Origin: Malacoraja senta
Lineage: Eukaryota
Length of the DNA: 64,000 bases
Reading direction: 5' to 3'
Assembly (NCBI GenBank): GCA_038087875.1
Contig: CM075979.1
Coordinates: 8,370,001 to 8,434,000 of the forward strand
How positions within the stretch are numbered: the first letter of the stretch is position 1; each line of letters starts with the position of its first letter. Positions 1 to 12,333 of this stretch are shown here, piece by piece. A program made the translations under genes and the position numbers. A model generated the notes under the pieces. That model had not been told where the DNA came from. It was given only the letters and a program-made list of their open reading frames with translations, and did no database searches.

Positions 1-264
1 TAAACCTGAACAGTGTTCATGAGCATAGAAAATGTTATGAATTTGGGTAACTATCAGGAGGGTTGGCTAACATCTAAACTATTGACTTTGCACACCATTA
101 AATCCTTCCAATTCAGCCCACAGGCTATGAACAAGCAGATTTGACATTGTTGACTTTGAGCCTTAAGGTTTTGTTTTTATTCCTATTACTGGATATAAGT
201 ATTGTTAGAAAGGGCAGTGTAAATATTACAACTTACAGGGAAATTGGTTACCATCACACTATCC

Positions 265-2100
265 TGCTAGATGGTTGAAATTGATGAGGCAGGTACTGCT
301 GATGCCTTCACGAAATGCTGTACTGCATTTTGAAGATGGTACACAGTGCAACTAGGATTCACTGGCAGTAAAGGGAGTGAATGATGTGTATGGAGTCCCA
401 ATCCAACTGATTGCTTTGTCCAATCTTCAGCTATATCAGTGTTGTTGGATTGCATTCGTCCAGGAAAGTGAAGAGTATTCCATCACCCATCCTGATTGAT
501 ACAATGGTGGGCCGGTTTGGAGAATTATTAGGTGATCAATTCACTGCAGTATATATTGAGCCGCCAACACCCTATTGTAGCCTCAATAATTATATTGATA
601 ATTCACTTCAATATCTAATCTATGGTGATGCACAATAGTTTGATGGATAGGAACACGATGGCTGGGGAAATGTTGAAAATAGGTGGATAAAAGCTTTTGC
701 AAGGTGATCATTGCCTGGCGCCTGTCTGGCACAAATACTATGAACCACTTACAATTCATGCCTGAGTGTGTGGTAGTCATGTATGCAGGCTTAGACAATA
801 TCACTATCTTACTTCAAAGGAAATTACACATTGTGTAATCCTCACTCCTGATATAATAATGGAAGGTTATTGGTATGACCCCAGCAATTGGAGTGTTTTC
901 TCCTTTATTCCTATTCACTTTTATTTTGCCAGAGCTTCTTAATGTCAAGGCTATATGCTTTCACCTCTTCTTTGGAATTCAACTCTTATCTATGTTTGAA
1001 CCATGCCAATAATGCGCTTTGGAGTGGAGTGGTCTAGGTGAACCCAAAATGGATATTGGTGAGTAACTACTGCTTGATAGCGTTGTTGACAACTCGTTCC
1101 TTAACGTTGATCAGTTGCAGTAATTAGTTGAATTGGATTTACTTTTCCTGAACAAGACATGCATCACAAAGTCAGGATGACAGGGCAATATTAAAGTTGC
1201 TTGTTATTGAAGGGTACGTCTTGTTCAGGTTAGTGAAGAGCACAACTAGAGGCTTTCCTTTATCTAGTGCTACTATTGGTTTCATTTGAGTGAATAGAAT
1301 TGACTGAAGACAGGGTTTCATGATGATGAGGACATTGGAAGGAGCAGAGATGGATCATCTACTTGCATATTTTGGCTGAATATGCTGGAGCCTCATCTGT
1401 GACATTCCTGGGCTGGCTGCATGACCATTGAGAATTTGAGTGTCCTGGGATTCTCCTCTTCCCTTTGGCTCTTTAATTGCCAATTATCATTCATAGCTGA
1501 ATGTGACTGGGTAGATCTTAGATCTGATCAACGTTCTTTTGCTGGCAGCTATTACTCTTTGGTGGTTACTCCTGTGCTGTAGCCTGACCAAATTGACCCA
1601 TTGGTTTAAGGTTCATGTGTCACTACATGCATAGTCTTCACTCATTGAACTGAGTTTGGCTCACAATGAGGCCATGAGTTTTCAAATTGCACTGAGCGCA
1701 AAGAATGCCCTTTATTGAGTTACTAGTTCTGTTATGAAGTTATCCTTTTTAGCTTAATGGTGGTTACACAACATAATACAATAGTGTGCGTTATGAAGAT
1801 AAGATATAGTCTGGACTAACACTCAGTCTTACCAATACTGTCATGGTCTGCAGCAGGATATGATCAATCGGATGTATCACTTTGTGCTCTCTCATCACCT
1901 GTCTGGCAGCTTTCTCCTTCAGTTTAGTGATACTGCCACTGGTCTATTCTTTCTGATGGACATTGAAATCCCCAACCACAATATGTTTTGTGTCCTTGCT
2001 ACTCTAAGCTGCTTCAAAGTGCTATTCAACCACTAGAAATGCAATGTGGATTCCATCCATCCAGAGCCACAATGGATGTGATCTTACTGCAAAGGGAGAT
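265..2100 (-). mobile_element. Highly decayed ancient CR1/L2-type LINE fragments
   Basis: similar to the decayed RT stretch at 7000-8060; boundaries approximate. Confidence 0.5.
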
Positions 2101-2749
2101 GCAGGCACTGCAATGAATTACTTTTCACAACATTTTTTTGAATCTCAAAACATCTTTGACTCCATCAATCAAGATAAACTGTGTTACTTCTTCTAAAACT
2201 TGGTTGTCCTTTGAAATTCCTTTCCATATCACATTCTCAAAATGCAATGCGACTATGATATTAACCGATGTGTCCACAATAGATCCAACTCCACTACAGA
2301 TTGACCTCAATGCTGTTAGATTTTTTCTCAGTGCAGTGCTACACTTTACCTCAGCTTCCTAGTGGATGGAGCAAATTTTCAGAGCCATTCAAGCTACAGA
2401 ACCTTTGAGCTGTACACCTCAGATGACTCTTGTATATGTGCATGTTCAGCGACCGAGTCCCAAGTCATTATTGACTCATTCACTGAAGCCTATGGGAAAA
2501 TAGACCTTTTACTTGTGCAAAATAAAAGTAATCTATCAACCTGCCTGCTGAAAACCACAACCTGAGGTTTGCTTTACCCAGGGCTCAGCCTTCAATTGGT
2601 TTCATTGGAGTGAATGGAATTGGCTGAAGACAGGTTTTCATGATGATGTGGGCATTGAAAGGAGCAGAGACAGATCATCTACTTGCCAATTTCACCTGAA
2701 GATGCTGGAGCCTCATCTTTGGCATGACCATTGAGAATTTGCCCCATTG

Positions 2750-3110
2750 TACAATACCTTCTGATAATGAAGGCAATCAATGAGATCCTAGAAAACATGG
2801 GCTTTCCATGGCTTGGGAGCCATCTCTCAACAAAAGATGACATTGATAATGAAATCCTATCACCTTCAGCATGCCAACACTGCTTTTGGTCATCTGAGGA
2901 AGATAATGTTTTAATATCAAGGTGCAACTGGTACAACAGCCAGTGAGAATCCTGATGGCAGTGAGAACCTTGTGTCAGAAGCACACCAGCTGATCTGAAG
3001 CACGTGACTGCCCGACAACCCCTGCCCTATCTGTGGCAGATTAAATGGCCACAATGATCCTGTGTAATAAAGAGAACTGTGGAAGAGGTGAATATCTAGA
3101 ATTGCATATA
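2750..3110 (+). mobile_element. Decayed RTE-clade LINE 3' fragment
   Basis: translation FPWLGSHLSTKDDIDNEI...AFGHLRK resembles RTE RT C-terminal motifs. Confidence 0.5.
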
Positions 3111-3118
3111 GACTGGTA

Positions 3119-3360
3119 AACATAGAGAATAGGTGCAGGAGGAGGCCATTCGGCCTTTCGAGCCAGCACCGCCATTCATTGTGATCATGGCTGATCGTCT
3201 CCAATCAATAACCCGTGCCTGCCGTCTCCCCGTATCCCTTGATTCCACTAGCCCCTAGAGCTCTATCTAACTCTCCCTTAAATCCATCCAGTGATTTGAC
3301 CTCCACTGCCCTCTGTGGCAGGGAATTGCACAAATTCACAACTCTCTGGGTGAAAACATT
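3119..3360 (-). mobile_element. CR1/HER1 LINE 3' tail fragment
   Basis: reverse complement of the tail seen at 14510-14733. Confidence 0.8.
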
Positions 3361-6300
3361 TTAGGTGGGGCATAGAGCCAGGTGGGGTTATTGCCAGATA
3401 ATCACTACTATTGATACTGCATTCTGTTTTAAATCTTTACCTTTGGAAGCTCCCAAAAAGGTTGATGAAAGTTTTTTTTTTTAATCTTGTACCACTAAAA
3501 GTATTATGGATAACAAAGGGAAACTGCGACCGATTACATTTACACAGTCTCTGTCCCCTTTGTACAAATAGGCTAGTAATTCCAAAATATTCTCGGTGAC
3601 TCCAGTTGTTAGTGGAAACGCGACACACCTGCGAATCAACTACACCAAATACGCACGGAAATGCAAATAATCACTTCCATAATTAATCCGCGATTTAAAA
3701 ATATTTAAATTCGGTTCAGAATGTTCAAAACGGATTTTTAGAAATTCACCAAATTAAAGGTGGCAGTATGTTTTGTCCTATACAATGTTGTAAAGCAGAT
3801 GCACTTTATCATTGTTCAGTAGTTTCATAGTTAATATGAGGAAGATATGAATTTGAGTTATTAATTGATCTGAATTTAAATCTCAGCTTCCATGTTTGTG
3901 TGTCTCAGGGTCGTTAGAACAGGTTTCTGGATATGCAGGACCAGTAATGTAGCATGAATTGTGTCATTCCAGTTAGTTTGTCAAAAGCTTCTATGAATTC
4001 CAGTTGCCTCATTGATCTATCTTGAAGAGCAGTTTGAGTGTGAAAATAAATGGAAATATTTACCAAATAATTTCAGATCTGGCTCTCAAAGACTCCACGT
4101 ATTGCACCTAAGTAGTTCTTGAAAACACAATTAAATTAGGAAATTCCTGGATTAGGAAGTTTGCTTTCAAGATATTATACAGAATGACACCATTATGGAG
4201 TTAATTGCTGATTTTGCTATGGTACCAGCTCCTTGGATGACGGAAAATAACGCTGTACATGTAATCTCAATATTGATCATCAGTATCAGTGCTAGAAAAT
4301 GAAAGGAGGTCAAATTGTGTTACTGTTCAGCTGATCACCTGTTTTTAACAGGTGTTAAACTTTTTTGGCATTTTCTGTTAATTTGCGCTAGTACATACAT
4401 CTCGTATAAATAAGCACCAACAACAAAAAATTAAGTCGTGTATTCGTCGACGCATACATTAATAAAAACAGGGTTTGTTTTATTCTAATACCTACTGGCA
4501 TTACAGCACTCACTTTGCCAGCAGTTGTGAAGAAACAACATAAATGTAGTCATGCACTACCATTGAGGTACGACAACAGTAACTGAAAAGGTGTGAAATC
4601 TACGTGGGACAATGACTTACTAATCAAGAATTTATACACTTGGGTGAGTAAATAGTGTACACAAAGCTGTGATAAACTGAAAAGAGGATTTTATGCATTC
4701 ATTTTGTATGCATTTTAAACACGGATATTTGAATGTGTTTATGGCAAAACGCAAATTGAGTTCATGCCCTGCTCCAACATTTGGACTAAGAAACAAGGCT
4801 GACATTAAAGGTAGCAATGAGAATTGTGCAGGTGAAAAGATAGAGTTTTATTGGCTTTAAAGCAAACCATCTTCTGCTTCTTTTTCATAGGATAATTCAT
4901 TGAAGAGTAGAATAATTCTTAACAGTTTCCTGGTTAATGCATGTCATTCATTGGACCACCAAAAATTGATTAAACAGCATTTACTTATGGAACTTTGCAC
5001 ATTCCCTTGCACATGTACTTTGCTTTAATGGTGCTTTATTTACTACTGAGTGCTTAATGACATTTAGGATGTTAAAAGCATTGAAGTGTGCATTCATTCC
5101 ACTGGTAAGCCGGTATTCAACATGCTTTCTGAATGGACTTACTTGCATTGAATTGAAGATGCAGATCTTGCCATATTCCAGAATCTCTGGATCTTTCCTA
5201 AAATGTCCATTTGTTTATTGTCCAGTAGTTATATAGTTGGAGACTATGTAACCAAACACTGATTCCAACATCCACCTTATTCTCCATCACATGACTCATT
5301 ATGAGGGAACTGATACACAAGTGACGGTTTTCCTGTCCAGATCCGCAGTGTTGACACAAGAAATAACATCCCAACTGAGTTTTTCTGACTTGCAGATGAA
5401 ATAGTACATGATATTATTGATCTGTATACAAGTGCCTTTGCCCACTCCATTAAGATCTGGTATATAGATTTTACCATAACTTTCATACTTCCAAGACACT
5501 TGGAAGTATTTGAAACGTATTTAATTAAAAAAATTAATAGCTTTTACATGAATAAATGTGTTTGGAATGAAATTAATAAGATTGTAGTTTAACACATGAT
5601 TTGCAGCAACAACCTTTCCTCTCCATCCACAGAGAGGAGACATGAGGAAAATGAGACAGATTACATGAAGAGAGAAACAAAATTAACATTTTGGGTCGGT
5701 GACCTGCCAACTGTTTCTCATTAATTGTTTATGTCCTTAATTATAATGATGCATCAAATATGACTCTTGCATAATAGTGAAACTTGTAAAACCCTCTAAG
5801 AAAAATGTATGCCAAATTTTATTTATATTTCCATATTTAATCCTTCAAGCTAGTACCAGCGATTAGTATTCATTCGCTTTAAATTCTAGTTACTATTTAT
5901 CAGGCCGGCATCCCAATCTGAATATCCATTCATAATTAGTGCACTGTAATTTAATTAAATTATCTTCTCTCCTGAAATGTTTGGCCATTTTCAGTTTTTG
6001 ATGTCTCTGGTGTTCTCAGTTGCAACAAATGGCATTGTGGCTTTTTTTTTATTTATTTACAGAGTCCAGCATATTTGTAAGATAATTCTGTAAATCAAAC
6101 AACTATTTCTGAATGATGTAATTGGCTCTCAATTTTCAGGCTAATCCTTACATTCTTTTTTAAAGTATATTGTGCTTCTTCCTTAGTTCTTTGTATTCCT
6201 TCTCCTATAGAAAATAGGAAGGGTATGATTTTATATTATAAATTCAAGCCTGATGTACTTTTTCACTTTTTTATATCTATATCTTGCATGTCTCTTACCA

Positions 6301-6999
6301 TTTTGTATTTTCCTTAAATCCTAATAAATTTGAAATTACAGCTCCATTCTACTCGAGCAATTTTATTTTAGCATCTGCAATTATGCACACATACTTAATG
6401 AAGAGTTGACTTTCATACCAATAATCTTGCATTGGGAACGATATTATTTGTGAAGCTTATGCATTATTGCATGTCTCAAAATGGCTAATGTGTCCTGTGA
6501 TCTTGTTTACTGCTAGCAACCTCATGACATCTATTCCATGTACACATCAAGGCATCACTGACACCATCTGTCATTTCAAGCGAGAGGCCTGTATTATCCG
6601 AAGAAAAGTATAATTATTTTCCCCGTGACCAAATTTAGTTTATAGACCTGAAATCAGACCACAAATTACTTTGATAGTCTTATTTATAATTCCTTCAAAA
6701 ATATCTGAGGAACCATCTGACTGTCACAAACTTTTCCTTGATGGGGGCTTGACTGCAGGTAAAGTTCTTCAATTTGTTTGGATATTTTTGGGATCGATTA
6801 AATAGCTCATCCCCAAGTGCCCTTTTATAAATGGTTTTGAGCTATCTGAAGCTTCTGCCGTCTTCGTGGAGAATGTATTCCAAAGGTGGAATTAGGTATG
6901 GAGTTTCGACTTTTAGAATAAGTGATGTAATTCCAGATCAGGATAGTTCAAACCTAGAGAAGAAGCCAAACCTAGTGGTTGTGTCATGCACCAGCAGAG

Positions 7000-8060
7000 C
7001 TTGGACTTTGGTGCTAGAGTTTGGGAAAGGCGGCTGGAATAGTCTAGGTGAGTAACAACAGTGCATTTTGCAGTTGGTATGCATTCAGACATTACTGGTG
7101 ATGGAGAGAATGAACAGGTGTATCAGATGGAGGGGCGAGGTGCCAATTGTCAGGCTGCTTTGTTGTGGATGTCGTGCCTCTTGAATGTTGTTGAAGCTGC
7201 TCTTCCAGGCAATTCCGTCATGCTCCTGACTTATGCCTTGAACATGAAGGAAGGCCTTGGCATGTCTTGAGATGAATTGCACACTGCACGGTATCCAGCC
7301 TGTGACTAGTTCTTGTTCCCATGGTGTTTATGTGACTGAACAAGTTGAATTTCTGCCCATTGGTGATCCCCAGGATGTTGATAGTGGGGGATTAAATATC
7401 AAAGGTTGGAGATTGGACATTAGCTAGGCGAAAATGGTAATTGCCCCATACTTATGTGGTGTGAATGGTGCTGGTCGTATGTATGTGTAGACATTTGTAG
7501 TGTGTTATATAATCATCAGTGAATATTCTCACTTCTGAACGCGATGCAAGAAAGTTTACTGGTAATACAGCTGAAGATGGATGGGCCTTGGATACAAACA
7601 TGACAAACTCCTATCGTGATGTCGTGGGTCTGGAATGATTGACCTTTCACAACCACAGTCCCAAAACGTCACCCATTCCTTCTCTCCAGAGATGCTACCT
7701 GTCCCGCTGAGTTACTCCAGCATTTTGTGTCTACAACAATCAAAGTGTTGGATTGCCGTCTGATGCCTTGGATGCCCTTTGACTTCACTCTTACTGGGGG
7801 TTCTTGATGTCACACTCAGGCAAATGCTGCCTTGATGTCAAAGGTAATCACTCATAGCTTGCCCCTGGTTTTTAACTCCTTGGTCCATGTTTGGACCTAG
7901 CTTTTGAGATCTGGAACAATGTGGTTCTGTGAAGTCTAAATTAAGGATTGATGAATGGGTGATTGGTGAGTGTGTTGCCCGATAGCACAGTTAATGATAA
8001 TTCAAATCATCAATTTGATTGAGGGGTAGACTGTTTGGGTAGTAATATGTCTGCTTGCCT
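7000..8060 (-). mobile_element. Decayed ancient CR1/L2-type LINE RT region
   Basis: minus strand near 7810-7850 translates ITFDIKAAFA*V*HQ, like RT motif LDIKAAFDRVWH. Confidence 0.6.
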
Positions 8061-8639
8061 AGATGACTGATTCCACTACTGTACGTTGCCTTCTATGTAC
8101 TTTATATGGTGTTGCACTGCTGGACCTTTGTCATTTATACATCACAGAAGAAAATTAATGCACTAGTCAATACTTCCATTTCCAATATTCTAAATTTATT
8201 GTACAAAACTTTTTGTGGCTTTAGAAAATAAATGCAATTTGACATTAAGTGGGATCATGAAATCTAATTCCCCATCTCTAATTTCCCAACCACATTACAT
8301 TGAATAACATGGTGTTTGCACAAGGGGTGATACTCAATAAGAAAATCCAATTCCACTGGAAATTCTTATTCCGGCATTGTTCACATTATCAAAGTTTGTT
8401 GTGGGATTAGTTTAATGCTGCCTACACCAAAGTTAAGCATCTATCAGTCCATTTTCTCCTTTCTGAATTATTCCCATAAACTCCTTCAGCTGGTTCTGAT
8501 GATGAATCATTAATATGAAACGTTTCCTTCTCTGCCTTGCTGCATCCTGACCTGCTGAGTATTTAAAATATTTTCAGCTTTTATTTCCGATTTCCAGCAT
8601 CTGTGTTGCAGTGGTGATCTGGTGGGTACCATTGATAAG

Positions 8640-9238
8640 AATCTCACTTGGACCAATGACTTAAATTCTTTGCCTGCAAGGCAGCAACTGGTTATCCTGT
8701 GACATGTGGCTCACCAATGCCTTTCCACCATCTACAAGTCACATTAGGCGTATGATAAGACCCTCTCCACTTGCCTGAGTGGAACTCCGTCAGCACTGAA
8801 GCTTGACGCCATCCAAGACAAAACAATGACTTTATTTATTACCTGATACACTATCTTAAACAGTTGAGTGCCTCAACGGAGAAGGGATGCTTAGATGCAG
8901 TGTGTGTCATCTACAACGTCTACTGCTCTAACAGCACCTCCCAAATAAGCGACATCTACCACCAGGAAAGACAAGGGCAACAGGCACATGGGAACACTAT
9001 TACATTCATGCTTCCCTCCAAGTTGCATTCCATCCTGACTTGGAAATAAATCACATTCCTTTATTGTCACTGAATCTAAATCTAGGAACTCCCCAGCTGC
9101 ACCTCAGTCTTTAAAAAAAACACTGCAGCCATTTAAGAGACAGCACCCTGCCATCTTCTCCAGGGCAAGTAGGGATGAGCAATAAATGACAGCTTTATCA
9201 GCAATGCCCAGACCACAATTGAATAAATTAAAAAAATA
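8640..9238 (+). mobile_element. 3' end of an ancient LINE with A-rich tail
   Basis: decayed LINE C-terminal coding pattern ending gaataaattaaaaaaa; boundaries approximate. Confidence 0.5.
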
Positions 9239-9629
9239 AGTTTTTGATGTTTTGAGCTCTTCCAAAGGCCAGTGGTTTAACCAATCTTATTAATTGACTT
9301 TAAATCTTAACTATCCTAGTTTACTCTGCAATCGATATCCCTAACTGAATAATGTATGAGGTTTGTTTGTAATTTGAAGGTGCTAAGTCCACGCAAATTA
9401 TAGTTGGCAATCATAAAACTGCACCTTTCTAGGGCCAAAAACGTGGCATTACACATGGCATTGTTTTCATACACATGAGCATTACGTGAAATTTTTACGA
9501 AAATAAAGATTAATTCAATGGAAAGTGTAATGATCACTAAATACTTTAATTACTCTTAATTTAGCTTTGCATTACATTTCAGTAACAGGATGAATATATT
9601 TAATTTACTGCAATATTTAATTTACTGCA

Positions 9630-10449
9630 ACATTACGGAAGGAGGGAGGGGCGGTGAGGAGGGAGCATGGCGCTGTGGAAGGGAGGGAGGGGCAGTGAGG
9701 AGGTAACACGGCGCTGAGGGAGGCAGAGGCCACGGACGCCAAACCGAGCAAGGCCGCGGGCGTGCGAGGACCCGAGCGAGGCGGCGGGCGGGGAGGACCC
9801 GAGCGAGGCGGCGGGCGGTCGAGGACCCGAGCGAGGCGGCGGGCGGGCGAGGACCCGAGCGAGGCGGCGGGCGGGCGAGCGAGGATACGAGCGAGGCGGC
9901 GGGTGAGGACCCGAGCGAGGCGGCAGGCGGGAGAGGACCCGAGCGAGGTGGCGGGCGGGCGAGGACCCGAGCGAGGCGGCGGGCGGCCGAGGACCCGAGC
10001 GAGGCGGAGGGCGGGTGAGGACCCGAGTGAGGCGGCATATTCAGTGCGACTGGGCCAGGCGGGGGGGGGGGGTTCCATAATATTCCAGCGTGGCATCCCC
10101 GCCCCCCTGCGAAGAATCAGTGGTTTATGAGGTTAAAACCGATGGGGAGGTGGACAGGGCGGCGACTCCCTCCCCTTGCGGGGCCATTGTGACATAATTC
10201 GGAGCTGCTTGAAGAAATCTGTGGTCGGTTTGGCTTTAAAAAAAACTTTTATGATGAATGGCTTTTGAAATATAGCATGAAATGTAAAGGAGACCTGTTT
10301 ATTGCGTTGACCGGGTTAATGTGAGTAATAATCTGTAAAAATGTCAGCTCTAGCGCGTAGCGTTTTGACTAAGGTAGAAAAAACACACACTGAAACACAC
10401 ACACGTACACACGTATGCATACATACAAGATGAGACTTTTATAGGTATA
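9630..10449 (-). mobile_element. Outer non-autonomous Helitron-like element (3' end not seen), carrying a GC minisatellite
   Basis: 10180-10449 parallels the inner Helitron (ccattgtgac...CA-rich tract...caagatgagacttttata). Confidence 0.6.
9766..10036. repeat. GC-rich minisatellite, ~28-bp unit GAGGACCCGAGCGAGGCGGCGGGCGGGC, ~10 copies
   Basis: directly visible tandem array; explains the low-complexity ORFs at 9617-10130. Confidence 0.9.
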
Positions 10450-10893
10450 CTAGACAAAGTGGGACCCGTTGGGTCCCGTCCCCCCAACGCGAGGTTGCGG
10501 GGGGCGGCCTGCAGCATCACACACACACTAAACACTCCCCACACACACAGGGGGGAGGGAGGGGGGCCGAGGAGGGAAAGGGGAGGAGGAGGGGAGCCGG
10601 GCGAGCTGCGAAAATCGAGCGAGCGAGCGACATCACTCGCAGCGCGTGAACACAACATGCAGCCATTGTGACGTCATCAGTCAAAGCCAGCCGAATTTCT
10701 AAGTTATTTGAAATTTTTGAACATTTAATAACTGGAGAAATAATGCATTAATTTTTCAGATAAGGCGATTTTTGACTTCACGGGATAAATCTACAGGAAT
10801 ATGTAAAAAAATTACCGTTAGTGTCGTTTTTTCGAGCAGTATGATTATACACACACACACACATCCAAGATCAGAGTTTTATAAGTATATAGA
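10450..10893 (-). mobile_element. Non-autonomous Helitron (complete termini)
   Basis: minus strand A|TC...hairpin GGGACCC-AAC-GGGTCCC...CTAG|T; no TSD; internal (CA)n. Confidence 0.85.
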
Positions 10894-11299
10894 TATAGCT
10901 GATAAGAAGAGTGTACAGTCAAAACCTTAATAGGCAAAATTTTACTGCACAGCTGTTAATTATGATAGTTTGGGGGGAGGGGGAGAAAGGCATTGATTCT
11001 GCCAATCAAGTGAAAATTATTAATCATGCTATTTCAGCTAAGCAATGACTAGATTTCTGCAGTTTTTACTGGACATTTTTAAAGTTTTTACATGACATTT
11101 TTGCTACAGGACTATATAACATCCATAAGAGTTGCGAGTGTTTTATTGTTGTATGTACCAAAGCAGAACAATGAAATTCTAACTTGCAGCAGGAGCAGGT
11201 TGTAAACACAGTATTCAATAGACAATATAACAAACAAACAGAAAAAATCCGTTAAAAAAAACAATATGGTGCCAAAACAAAACAAAGCCCAAAGTCCAA

Positions 11300-11890
11300 A
11301 TTTGAGTATAGGAGCAGGGAGGTTCTACTGCAGTTGTACAGGGCCTTGGTGAGACCACACCTGGAGTATTGCGTACAGTTTTGGTATCCTAATCTGAGGA
11401 AAGACATTCTTGCCATAGAGGGAGTACAGAGAAGGTTCACCAGACTGATTCCTGGGATGGCAGGACTTTCATATGAAGAAAGACTGGATAGACTCGGCTT
11501 GTACTCGCTAGAATTTAGAAGATTGAGAGGGGATCTTATAGAAACTTACAAACATTTTAAGGGGTTGGACAGGCTAGATGCAGGAAGATTGTTCCCGATG
11601 TTGGGGAAGTCCAGAACAAGGGGTCACAGTTTGAGGATAAGGGGGAAGTCTTTTAGGACTGAGATGAGAACATTTTTTTTCACACAGTGTGGTGAATCTG
11701 TGGAATTCTCTGCCACAGAGGGTGGTTGAGGCCAGTTCATTTGGCTATATTTAAGAGGGAGTTAGATGTGGCCCTTGTGGCTAAAGGGATCAGGGGGTAT
11801 GGAGAGAAGGCAGGTACAGGATACTGAGTTGGATGATCAGCCATGATCATATTGAATGGTGGTGCAGGCTCGAAGGGCCGAATGGACTAC
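11300..11890 (+). mobile_element. CR1/HER1 LINE 3' portion; tail continues at 12334-12361
   Basis: ORF 11334..11729 LVRPHLEYCVQFW...RRLRGDLIE. Confidence 0.9.
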
Positions 11891-12333
11891 ATAGAAAATA
11901 GGTGCAGGAGTAGGCCATTCGGCCCTTCGAGCCTGCACCGCCATTCAATATGATCATGGCTGATCATCCAACTCAGTATCCCGTACCTGCCTTCTCTCCA
12001 TACCCCCTGATCCCTTTAGCCACAAGGGCCACATCTAACTCCCTCTTAAATATAGCCAATGAACTGGCCTCAACTACCTTCTGTGGCAGATAGTTCCAGA
12101 GATTCACCACTCTCTGCGTGAAAAATGTTTTCTCATCTCGGTCCTAAAGGATTTCCCCTTAATCCTTAAACTGTGACCCCTTGTCCTGGACTTGCCCAAC
12201 ATCGGGAACAATCTTCCTGCATCTAGCCTGTCTAACCCCTTAAGAATTTTGTAAGTTTCTATAAGATCCCCCCTCAATCTTGTAAATTCTAGCGAGTACA
12301 AGCCGAGTCTATCCAGTCTTTCTTCATATGAAA
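11889..12333 (-). mobile_element. Second CR1/HER1 3' copy inserted in inverted orientation into the tail of the first
   Basis: ORF 12104..12340 nearly identical to the + copy. Confidence 0.9.

Noticed and set aside
1250-2740. Two similar ~180-bp segments (1250-1435 and 2565-2740)
   Set aside because: Best explained as duplicated pieces of the same old LINE; no functional signal.
5143-5499. Minus-strand exon-like segment (acceptor-like ttccaag, donor CAA|GTAAGT) with two short ORFs
   Set aside because: No recognisable protein and no long open frame across it; splice-like signals are expected by chance in 26 kb.
9617-10130. Three 120-160 aa Pro/Arg/Ala-rich ORFs
   Set aside because: They are translations of the GC minisatellite, with no splice or codon evidence.
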